Source: Planctomycetia bacterium (GTDB taxonomy: Bacteria > Planctomycetota > Planctomycetia > Pirellulales > UBA1268). From it: a stretch of DNA of 64,000 nucleotides. The notes below the pieces were generated by a model. The model saw nothing but the letters and a program-made list of their open reading frames with translations, was not told the origin of the DNA and ran no database searches. Location of the stretch: the NCBI GenBank assembly GCA_014192425.1, contig BJHK01000020.1, positions 1,068 to 65,067 on the forward strand, in the 5' to 3' direction. Positions 1-8,135 of this stretch are shown piece after piece; within the stretch, counting starts at the first letter, position 1, and each line of letters starts with the position of its first letter. The position numbers were made by a program, and so were the translations under genes.

Positions 1-164
1 GGCAGACGCTCCGGGCGCTCACCGTAGGCCGCCTGCATTGCCCAGGCCGCTCCCATGTATTCGCGAAAGTGCGCGTCGATGCGTTGATCCGCCTCTAGTC
101 TCATAAAATCGCAGGAATCCGCAGGTTTTAACGCCGCCCAAGCCCCCTAGCCCAAAGATTAGAA

Positions 165-632
165 ATGGCAAAATCCACATCTCCATCAACAACCCGAAAA
201 CCGCTGGCCCGATCGGCCGCCTGCCTGTCCAACCGCCTCCACGAACTGGTCTCGGCCTGTTTCAGTGGCCTCTGGATCACGACCGCCGAGCCGACCGAAG
301 CCACCCGGCCCACAGTGGTGCTCGATGTCGACGCTCTGCTCGGGTCGCTGGTAGGCCAGTCGGAGAGCAACGTCCGGGCGGCCCTCAAGTTGGCCAACGT
401 GATGGCTCCGTGTGTCTTGTTCGCCGACGAGATCGAGAAAACGCTGGCCGGGGCTACTTCATCGAAGCAGGCCCGGCCCGACGACACCAACTGGACCGGC
501 GCCGAGATCAAGTCGTGCTGCAGGCTGGCGTCGCTATTGGACGTGCCGCTCGTTCAGGCCGCGCAGAACGTCGTACCCGTAGCTGTCACAGCGGGCGCCG
601 TAACACAAGAGGTGGTCCCGAATCTGAAATAG
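165..632 (+). pseudogene. AAA+ ATPase remnant (short, no P-loop region)
   Basis: The translation keeps an AAA-like core, VGQSESNVRAALKLANVMAPCVLFADEIEK (hydrophobic strand + DE Walker-B-like), and a lid-like TGAEI segment. It is only 155 aa, has no Walker A, and lies in the degraded patch next to tRNA-Ser. Confidence 0.45.
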
Positions 633-773
633 TTCGGCCCGTCGCAGTCAATCAGAAGAATTCCAACACGGGCGTTGATCGACAGCCCGGCTTGTTTACA
701 GCGTGTGCATCTTGGGCCAGGCACTCGCACGACCGTTGAGCACACGCGTCATTGGCCCAACAAGTCCTCGTGG

Positions 774-1424
774 TTACCTGCGCGTCCAATAGCGGAGCCT
801 GACGCCGCACGCGCCAGTCACGGTCGAAAACAAGAGCAATACGCGCGCTTCTGCGTCGCCTGATTGACAATTTGCAATCGCGCGACTGTAGGCTTCGTTT
901 GGGTTTTTGTCATTGGTCACCGCGTACCCGCCGGAAGAATCAATTGCTAACGCGAGAATGCAGTCAGCAGCGCAGCTCACTATACGCGTATCAGGCTGCT
1001 GCTTAGCTTCTTCGAAAGCCTTGGCCTGCGCTTTTTCGGGATCTTCCCAGCCATACGAATATCCGTATCTGCGCGTTTGCGGGGAGAAGGCAATCGCTCC
1101 GTAAAGTGGGTGCGCAGATCGCCTCTGCTCATTGATCACATCCCTTCGCTTGGTTCCATGACAAAAGCTGCACACGCCATTTCCGTTGCAGGAATCGCAG
1201 ACGTGGTAAATTTTTCTCAGGAACGCTTGCTGAGAAAGTGCGCCGTACCCTTTGCAGCGAAGACAAGAACCGTTCGTGTCACAAAACAAGCAAACGCCCT
1301 TGCAATAGGCGATTACGTCTCTATCTTGCATGGCTCCGCAGTAAGGGCATGGCCGTGGCGCGGGGCCCCAAATGAGCTGATCGGAGATAAGGCGTTTGCA
1401 TTCATAGCAAGGTTCGAGAGCCAT
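774..1424 (-). CDS. Cys-rich zinc-finger-like N-domain fused to a DUF4189-like domain; hypothetical
   Basis: ATG at 1424 (MALEPCYECK...). Repeated CxxC pairs: CYEC, CPYC, CLFC..CLRCKGYG, CDSCNGNG, CSFCHG. The C-half reads YGAIAFSP..YGYSYGW..EKAQAKAFEEA..C..AIANC, which resembles DUF4189. Local GC content is visibly lower than in flanking DNA. Confidence 0.65.
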   Translation of the reverse strand: MALEPCYECKRLISDQLIWGPAPRPCPYCGAMQDRDVIAYCKGVCLFCDTNGSCLRCKGYGALSQQAFLRKIYHVCDSCNGNGVCSFCHGTKRRDVINEQRRSAHPLYGAIAFSPQTRRYGYSYGWEDPEKAQAKAFEEAKQQPDTRIVSCAADCILALAIDSSGGYAVTNDKNPNEAYSRAIANCQSGDAEARVLLLFSTVTGACGVRLRYWTRR

Positions 1425-1719
1425 CGGATATCTCCAGTTCAATGGAAGTCCAGTCCGGCAAGTCGCATCTCCGAGATTGTTTCCCACCGGAAGCGTAACT
1501 CGTCGGGCCGGGCTGGTTGATGACTGGTGCCTGCTTGGCCAGTCGTCGTGGGGAGTTCCCAGATCTGCGGCGCGGGTGAGCATCTGTATTCTCGGCGCAG
1601 ACTGTCTCCGCATCCCAGCATTGATCGGCTCTTCGGGGCGACTGAGGTGGACCCCGGTTTTTGGGCGCCCTGATAAGGTGGATTTTCCCTGGCGGGAGGC
1701 ACCCTATCAGGAGCAGGAC

Positions 1720-1980
1720 GATGGCGGGGAAGCGACGCGTGTTTGGCGGCACGCGGAAGGTGCGGGAGCATTTCGGCATCAACCGAAAACGGGCTCAGCG
1801 GCTCATGCGGCTGCTGGGCCTCGAGGCAGCGGAGCCCAAGCGTTCGACAACGTGTTCGTCGAACGACTCTGGCGTACGATGAAGTACGAGGAGGTCTACC
1901 GGCGTGACGACGCCGATGGCTGCCAGGCGCTGGCCGCCACGCACATGGGCGTGCACCGCTGGCGTGCAAGGCCGCGGGGC
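1720..1980 (+). mobile_element. IS3-family transposase (OrfB) remnant; catalytic DDE core deleted, two frames
   Basis: One frame gives an HTH-like piece, GTRKVREHFGINRKRAQRLMRLLGLEA. Another frame gives the typical IS3 C-terminus, FDNVFVERLWRTMKYEEVY. The junction is near 1830-1842 and no intact ORF remains. Confidence 0.6.
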
Positions 1981-2017
1981 TGCGCGACGCGGCGCGAACC
2001 GCCGCGAAACCAAAAAA

Positions 2018-2107
2018 CGGAGAGGGCGGGATTCGAACCCGCGGTCCAGCTTTTGACCGGACACGTCTTTAGCAAAGACGCGCATTCGACCGCTCTGCCA
2101 CCTCTCC
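2018..2107 (-). tRNA. tRNA-Ser (anticodon GCU)
   Basis: The reverse complement folds as a class II tRNA. Acceptor stem GGAGAGG/CCTCTCC, anticodon stem CGTCT/AGACG with loop TTGCTAA (GCT), long variable arm, T-arm GCGGGTTCGAATCCCGC, discriminator G. No CCA is encoded. Confidence 0.9.
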
Positions 2108-2263
2108 GACGCCGGCCGGGCACGGTCATACCGGGGCCCGCCGAACGATTTCATTTTGAACGGCTGCCAGGCCGCCCGCAAGCCGCGGCCATATCCGGGC
2201 CGGTCTGGTGACATCCGCGCCGTAGTCGGTGCACCGGATCGCCGCAGCGGGCAGTCGTCGCCT

Positions 2264-3037
2264 TCAGTCGTCCGCCGTGACCACGGTGAAAAACTCGTCC
2301 GGCCGGCCCGGCGTCGGGAAGGCGAGCGGCGGCACCTGGCCGATGGCACGGCGCAGCTCCCGCTCCCAGCAGCCGCGGATCTCCACCAGGTCCGGATCGT
2401 CGGCCGACAGCCTCCGGTAGCGGCGGACGGCGAACTCGTCGGCGCCGTAGACGAGGAGGTCGATCGGCGGGCCCACGGCCACGTTCGACCGCATCGTCGA
2501 GTCGAGCGAGATGAGCGCGTACTTCACCGCCTGATCGAGTGTCGTCTCACCGTAGCGGACGCCGCGGTCGAGGATCGGCCGGCCGTACTTCGTCTCGCCG
2601 ATCTGCAGGAACGGCGAGGCCCGCGTCGCCCGCAGCGGATTTCCCTGTGCGTAGATCATGTACAGCTGCGGCGGCTCGCCGCGGATCTGTCCGCCGACGA
2701 TCAGGTTGACGGTGAAGGCGACGTTGTCCCGCTCCAGGTATTCCCGGTCGAGCGTTGCCACCTCGCGGACGTGACTGCCGACGCAGCGGGCGGCCTCGTA
2801 CATCGTGGCCACGTCCGCCAGCCCCGCGCCGGTTTGAAATTCGTGCTGCAGCCGGGTCATCACCGACTGCGTCACCGACAGGCTGCCGCTGGAGAGGATC
2901 GTGAACATCCGCTCCCCCGGCACCGCGAAGTTGTGCATCTTGCGGCACACGCACACCTGGTCGATCCCCGAGTTCGTCCGCGAGTCGGAGGCGAGGACGA
3001 GTCCCTCGTGGGTGCGGATGCCGACGCAGTAGGTCAT
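2264..3037 (-). CDS. Anbu-type proteasome beta-subunit-like peptidase (Ntn hydrolase, T1 family)
   Basis: N-terminus MTYCVGIRTHEGLVLASDSRTNSG with Thr2 placed as the Ntn nucleophile. About 257 aa. Faces the ATP-grasp/alpha-E/transglutaminase genes that classically accompany Anbu. Confidence 0.85.
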   Translation of the reverse strand: MTYCVGIRTHEGLVLASDSRTNSGIDQVCVCRKMHNFAVPGERMFTILSSGSLSVTQSVMTRLQHEFQTGAGLADVATMYEAARCVGSHVREVATLDREYLERDNVAFTVNLIVGGQIRGEPPQLYMIYAQGNPLRATRASPFLQIGETKYGRPILDRGVRYGETTLDQAVKYALISLDSTMRSNVAVGPPIDLLVYGADEFAVRRYRRLSADDPDLVEIRGCWERELRRAIGQVPPLAFPTPGRPDEFFTVVTADD

Positions 3038-3215
3038 AAATGGAATCCGGGGTTGACTGTCAGTCGAGTGTGGCGCGCCGATTGCACGTGATCCGGTGAC
3101 GGAGTCCAGCGTTCCAGACTACACTCAAAAAACCGCACGGAATAGACGTGCGACCAGGCCGGCTGCACGCCAACAGGGCAGCCCGTGCTCGGTTTGCGCG
3201 CAGGCAGGCGATCCG

Positions 3216-4721
3216 ATGTCGAGCACCGAATCCGCACTCCAAGGCTCTTCCGCGGTGGGCGGACCGTTCTCCGGATACGAGCCTGGTCTCGCCTACGACG
3301 AGATGATCGCGCCCGGGGGCGGCCCACGGGATCACTACCGGCCGCTGTACGACCGGCTGCGCGGGCTCGATGCCGAGGACCTGCGGCGGCGCAAGGCGAT
3401 GACCGACCTTTCGATGCGGCAGGACGGCGTCGGTTTCACCGTCTACCGGGCCGAGGAGGGGATCGAGCGGGTCTGGCCGATGGATCCGGTGCCGCGGATC
3501 ATTCCCGCCTCCGAGTGGCGGCAGATCGAGGCCGGCCTCGTGCAGCGGGTCACGGCCTTGAACCTGTTCCTCCATGACATCTACCACGACCAGCGCATCC
3601 TGCGCGACGGCGTCGTGCCGCCGTGGCTCGTCCTCCAGGGGACGTTCTTCCGGCGCGAGTTCGTCGGCGTCGAGGTGCCACGACGGATCTACGTCCACAT
3701 CTGCGGCACCGACCTGATTCGCGACGCCGACGGCCGCTACCTCGTGCTGGAGGACAACGCCCGCACGCCGAGCGGCGTGAGCTACATGCTCCAGAACCGC
3801 AAGGTGCTCAAACGGGTCTTCCCCGCCCTGTTCAACGACTACGACGTCCTCCCCAACGACGACTACCCCGCTGCCCTGCTCGACGTCCTGCAGTACATCG
3901 CCCCGGCCACCTCCAACCAGCCGACCGCCGTCCTCCTCAGTCCGGGCATGTACAACTCGGCCTATTTCGAGCACAGCTTCCTCGCCCAGCGCATGGGGAT
4001 CGAACTCGTCGAGGGCCGCGACCTGTTCATCGACAACAACCGGGTGTTCATGCGAACAACCCGCGGACCGCGGCAGGTTGACGTCATCTACCGGCGGATC
4101 GACGACGACTTTCTCGATCCGCTCACCTTCCGCCGCGACAGTGCGCTGGGCGTGCCCGGGCTGGTGAACGCCTACCGGGCCGGCACCGTGGCCCTCGCCA
4201 ATTGCATCGGCACCGGCATCGCCGACGACAAGGGCATCTACCCGTTCGTGCCGGCGATGATCCGCTACTACCTCGACCAGGATCCGATCCTGGAGAACGT
4301 CGAGACCTTCCGCCCCGAGATCTCCGCCGAGCGCGACCACGTGCTCGCCAACCTCCAGTCGCTCGTCGTCAAGCGGGTCAACGAGTCGGGGGGCTACGGC
4401 ATGCTGATCGGGCCGGCGTCGACGCAGGCCCAGCGGGACGAGTTCCGGGAGCTCATCAAAGCCGATCCGCGCGACTTCATCGCCCAGCCGACGATCCAGC
4501 TCTCCACCCACCCAACTCTCGTCGACGGCCGGCTGGAGGGGCGGCACGTCGACCTGCGGCCGTTCATCCTCTGCGGCGAACGGACCGTGGTCACGCCCGG
4601 AGGCCTGACCCGCGTCGCCCTTCCGAAGGGGAGCCTCGTCGTCAACAGTTCGCAGGGCGGCGGCAGCAAGGACACCTGGGTGCTGGCCGAGGACCGATCG
4701 GATCGGAGCGGAGCATGCTGA
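3216..4721 (+). CDS. Circularly permuted type-2 ATP-grasp protein (DUF404-type)
   Basis: Long ORF with ATG at 3216. Family-typical segments [52 protein letters not shown]. First gene of the operon with alpha-E and transglutaminase. Confidence 0.85.
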   Translation: MSSTESALQGSSAVGGPFSGYEPGLAYDEMIAPGGGPRDHYRPLYDRLRGLDAEDLRRRKAMTDLSMRQDGVGFTVYRAEEGIERVWPMDPVPRIIPASEWRQIEAGLVQRVTALNLFLHDIYHDQRILRDGVVPPWLVLQGTFFRREFVGVEVPRRIYVHICGTDLIRDADGRYLVLEDNARTPSGVSYMLQNRKVLKRVFPALFNDYDVLPNDDYPAALLDVLQYIAPATSNQPTAVLLSPGMYNSAYFEHSFLAQRMGIELVEGRDLFIDNNRVFMRTTRGPRQVDVIYRRIDDDFLDPLTFRRDSALGVPGLVNAYRAGTVALANCIGTGIADDKGIYPFVPAMIRYYLDQDPILENVETFRPEISAERDHVLANLQSLVVKRVNESGGYGMLIGPASTQAQRDEFRELIKADPRDFIAQPTIQLSTHPTLVDGRLEGRHVDLRPFILCGERTVVTPGGLTRVALPKGSLVVNSSQGGGSKDTWVLAEDRSDRSGAC

Positions 4722-5665
4722 GCCGGGTCGCCGACGCGCTGTTCTGGATGAGCCGCTACCTGGAGCGGGCCGATCACGTCGCCCGGGCGGTGAACGTCAC
4801 GTTCCAGCTCGACCTCGACCTCCACGGCGTCCTCGCCAATCCGGCGGAACTGGAGTGGAACGCGCTCGTGGCCCTGCTGCGCCAGCCCGCCCCGCCGGTC
4901 CGCTCGGGCGAGCACCCGGTGGCGGCCGTGCAGCGCTGGCTGCTCGTCGACACCGCCAACCCCGGCAGCGTGATGGGCTGCATGAACCGGGCCCGCAACA
5001 ACGCCCGCAGCGTCCGCGGCACGCTCAGCCCGCAGATGTGGGGCGAGCTCAACAAGCTCCACTGGCGGCTCGGCGAGGCGGCCCAGCAGTTTCACGCCGT
5101 CGACTCGCCCCACGACTTCTGCGAGGAGATCCAGACGGGCGTGCTGCTGTTCACCGGCGCCAGCGAGGCGACGCTCGTCCACGACGAGGGCTGGCACTTC
5201 ATCCAGCTCGGCCGCTACCTGGAGCGGGCCGACAAGACGCTGCGGATCCTCGACGCCAAGTTCGCGCTCCTCGAGCGGTCGGGCACGGTCGACCTGCCGA
5301 TCAGCAACCTGCAGTGGGGCGCGGTTCTGAAGAACTGCGCCGCCTACGAGGCCTATCAGCGGCTGTACATCAGCCGTGTCGAGCCGGAGCGGGTGATCGA
5401 GTTTCTCCTCGCCAACGCCGACTTCCCGCATTCGGTGCGGTTCTGCCTCGGCCGCGCCATGCACTCACTGGCGGCGATCAGTGGCCGCACCGCCGACCGC
5501 TGCGACGACGACGTCTCGCGGGTCGTCGGCAGGCTGCACGGCGAACTCGCCTACCTCGATCCGGCGACGCTCGAGGGGGATCGGCTGCATGCCTTCCTCG
5601 GCGACGCCCAGGCCCGCTGCGCGCGGATCGCGCAGCTCCTCCAGCAGCAGTATTCGCTCCAGTGA
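4715..5665 (+). CDS. Alpha-E domain protein (DUF403-type)
   Basis: Starts [26 protein letters not shown], a classic alpha-E N-terminus, with a second [13 protein letters not shown] repeat. Its ATG overlaps the upstream stop (ATGCTGA). Confidence 0.9.
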   Translation: MLSRVADALFWMSRYLERADHVARAVNVTFQLDLDLHGVLANPAELEWNALVALLRQPAPPVRSGEHPVAAVQRWLLVDTANPGSVMGCMNRARNNARSVRGTLSPQMWGELNKLHWRLGEAAQQFHAVDSPHDFCEEIQTGVLLFTGASEATLVHDEGWHFIQLGRYLERADKTLRILDAKFALLERSGTVDLPISNLQWGAVLKNCAAYEAYQRLYISRVEPERVIEFLLANADFPHSVRFCLGRAMHSLAAISGRTADRCDDDVSRVVGRLHGELAYLDPATLEGDRLHAFLGDAQARCARIAQLLQQQYSLQ

Positions 5666-5693
5666 ACCGGCCGCGGCCCGGGAGGCAGGAACC

Positions 5694-6650
5694 ATGATCC
5701 TCGAGGTCCAGCACGAGACGACGTTCTCCTATGCCCAGCCGGTCCGTGAGTGGCTCTGTGAACTGCGCATGGAGCCGGCCAGCGACCGTGGCCAGCGTTG
5801 CCATTCGTTCCGCATCTCGACCGGCCTGGCCCACCCCCTGGCCACCTACCGGGACGGCTTCGGCAACGTCGTCCATCACTTCAACCTCCTCGCCCCGCCG
5901 CCGCGGGTGCGGATCCTGGCCGCGAGCGTCGTGGAGACTGAGGATGCCGCGATCGGCCCGGTCGCCAGCCAGGTGGAGTTTCCCGAGTCGGGCCCGCTCG
6001 GCTGGGAGCTACCCCTCGACACGCTCGACTACCTCGCCCTGCGCGGGCCGGTGCGGCGGACGCCGCTGCTCGAGCCGGTCCGGACCGCGCTGGCGCCGCG
6101 GCCGCGGACACGGGTCGGGATCTGGGTCTGCCAGGTGGCCGAGCACATTCGCAGCCAGTTCGAGTACGCCCGCGACGTGACCGACGCCTCGTCGCCGATC
6201 GACCACATCCTCACCCGCGGCAAGGGCGTGTGCCAGGACTTCACGCACGTCATGATTGCGATCCTCAGGTCGTGGGGCGTGCCGGCCCGCTACGTCAGCG
6301 GCTCCATCCACCGCCCCAACCGCGAGTCGCAGAGCCATGCCTGGTGCGAGGTCTGGCTGCCGGACATCGGCTGGTCGGGATTCGATCCCACCAACGGCTG
6401 CCCGATCGGCGGCGGCTTCGTGAAGACGGCGGTGGGCCGCGACTTCAGCGACGTTCCTCCCAACAAGGGGACCTACGTCGGGTCGGGTGCCGAGCGGATC
6501 GAGGTCCGCGTCGCGACCCGGACGCTCGACCGGCTGCCGTCGCTCGACTGGCACGCCGACCTGGCGCCGCTCGACGCCCCCGTCCAGACCGTGGTCTACA
6601 CCGCAGTCCACGCCGTGAACGACGAGGCCAACGGCGAGCAGCAGCAGTGA
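5694..6650 (+). CDS. Transglutaminase-family protein (bacterial TGase N-domain + Cys-His-Asp core)
   Basis: Starts MILEVQHETTFSYAQPV. Core motifs GVCQDFTHVMIAILRSWGVPARYVSG ... HAWCEVWLP..GWSGFDPTNG. Confidence 0.9.
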   Translation: MILEVQHETTFSYAQPVREWLCELRMEPASDRGQRCHSFRISTGLAHPLATYRDGFGNVVHHFNLLAPPPRVRILAASVVETEDAAIGPVASQVEFPESGPLGWELPLDTLDYLALRGPVRRTPLLEPVRTALAPRPRTRVGIWVCQVAEHIRSQFEYARDVTDASSPIDHILTRGKGVCQDFTHVMIAILRSWGVPARYVSGSIHRPNRESQSHAWCEVWLPDIGWSGFDPTNGCPIGGGFVKTAVGRDFSDVPPNKGTYVGSGAERIEVRVATRTLDRLPSLDWHADLAPLDAPVQTVVYTAVHAVNDEANGEQQQ

Positions 6651-6659
6651 GGGCAGGCG

Positions 6660-8108
6660 TCAGGCGAGGAACTCGTCGATGACGCGGCCGTGGACGTCGG
6701 TGAGGCGAAAGTCCCGCCCCGCGTGCCGGAACGTGAGCCGCGTGTGGTCGAGGCCGAGCAGATGGAGCAGCGTCGCATGCAGGTCGTGGACGTGCACCGG
6801 CTTGTCCACGGCCTTGAAGCCGAACTCATCGGTCGCACCGTAGGCACTGCCCGCCTTCACGCCGCCCCCGGCCATCCAGACCGTGAAGCCGTGGTGGTTG
6901 TGGTCGCGGCCGCGGCCGTCGCCGCCGACGTCGTTGGCCAGCTCGGCCACGGGCGTTCGGCCGAACTCGCCCCCCCAGAGCACGAGCGTGCTCTCCAGCA
7001 GTCCCAGGGCCACGAGGTCGTCGAGGAGCGCGCCGATCGGGCCGTCGGCCTCGCCGGCGAGTTTTCGGTGATTCTTCTCCAGGTTGCCATGACTGTCCCA
7101 GGGCTGGCCTTCGCCGTGCCAGACCTGCACGTAGCGGACGCCGCGCTCGACGAGCCGGCGGGCGAGGAGCAGCTGGCGGCCATGGGGCGTGTCGCCGTAG
7201 CGGGCGCGGACGTGGGCCGGCTCGCGGGACAGATCGAAGGCCTCGGAGGCGTCGGCCTGCATCCGCCAGGCGAGTTCCATCGTCCGCAGCCGGGCCTCGA
7301 GGGCGGCGGCACCGGCCCGGGCTGCGGCATGTCGGCGGTCGAGCGCGAGCGTCAGGTCGAAGCCACGCCGCTGCACGGCCGGGTCGAGCAGCGGGTGGCG
7401 GACATGCTCGATGAGCTCCGCGCCCCCCGCCTGCTTCGTGTCGATGTAGGTCGCCTGAAAGGCGCCGGGGAGGAAGCCGCTCTGCCAGTTTTCCGTCGCC
7501 TTCACCGGATAGCCGCCCGGGCACATGGCGACGAAGCCGGGCAGGTTCTGGTTCTCCGAGCCGAGGCCGTAGGTGACCCAGGCGCCGACGCTCGGCCGCG
7601 GCAGGCGGCCGTCGCCGCAGTTCATCAGCAACAGCGAGGGCTCGTGGTTCGGCACCTCCGCGTGCATCGACCGCACCACGAGCAGGCGGTCGGCATGCCG
7701 GGCGACCTGCGGGAAGAGCTCGCTCACCGGCAGGCCGCTCTGGCCGTGCTGCGCGAAGCGGAATGGGCTGGGGAGCACCGTGCCGGTACGGCGCTCGGTC
7801 TTGAGGCTCGCCGGAAGCTCACGGCCGGCGAGCGTCTCCAGGACCGGCTTGGGATCGAACGTGTCGATGTGGCTGGGCCCGCCGTTGGCGAAGATGTGGA
7901 TCAGCGCCTTGGCCCGCGGCGCGAAGTGCGGGGGACGGACATCGAGCGACGTCGGCACCTGCTCCGCGCGTGCGGGTCGGTGCCGTGACGCCAGCATCGT
8001 CATGGCACCGAGCCAGCCCATGCCCGTGCCGGCCCGGCGCAGGATTGCACGGCGCGGGACGCCCGTGCCGTCGTCGTCGGCCGCCGCGATCAGACGGTCG
8101 TGGATCAT
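6660..8108 (-). CDS. DUF1501 domain protein (sulfatase/alkaline-phosphatase-like fold, Tat signal)
   Basis: ATG at 8108 is preceded by GGGGAG. Twin-arginine region RRAILRRAGTGMGWLG. C-terminal GRDHNHHGFTVWMAGGGVK and HDLHATLLHLLGLDH motifs. Lies 27 nt downstream of its PSCyt/DUF1553 partner. Confidence 0.9.
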   Translation of the reverse strand: MIHDRLIAAADDDGTGVPRRAILRRAGTGMGWLGAMTMLASRHRPARAEQVPTSLDVRPPHFAPRAKALIHIFANGGPSHIDTFDPKPVLETLAGRELPASLKTERRTGTVLPSPFRFAQHGQSGLPVSELFPQVARHADRLLVVRSMHAEVPNHEPSLLLMNCGDGRLPRPSVGAWVTYGLGSENQNLPGFVAMCPGGYPVKATENWQSGFLPGAFQATYIDTKQAGGAELIEHVRHPLLDPAVQRRGFDLTLALDRRHAAARAGAAALEARLRTMELAWRMQADASEAFDLSREPAHVRARYGDTPHGRQLLLARRLVERGVRYVQVWHGEGQPWDSHGNLEKNHRKLAGEADGPIGALLDDLVALGLLESTLVLWGGEFGRTPVAELANDVGGDGRGRDHNHHGFTVWMAGGGVKAGSAYGATDEFGFKAVDKPVHVHDLHATLLHLLGLDHTRLTFRHAGRDFRLTDVHGRVIDEFLA

Positions 8109-8135
8109 GGGTTCACTCCCCACAGGCAGGCTCGG

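Noticed and set aside
1-104. Open frame on the minus strand starting at ATG 104 and running off the left edge (MRLEADQRIDAHFREYMGAAW...)
   Set aside because: Only 34 codons are visible, with no recognisable motif or SD. That is not enough evidence to call a gene.
3060-4547. 495-aa ORF antisense to the ATP-grasp gene
   Set aside because: It is rich in Arg/Gly/Asp/Val/Pro with no family resemblance, and it fully overlaps a gene with clear family motifs on the other strand. This is a typical GC-rich shadow ORF.
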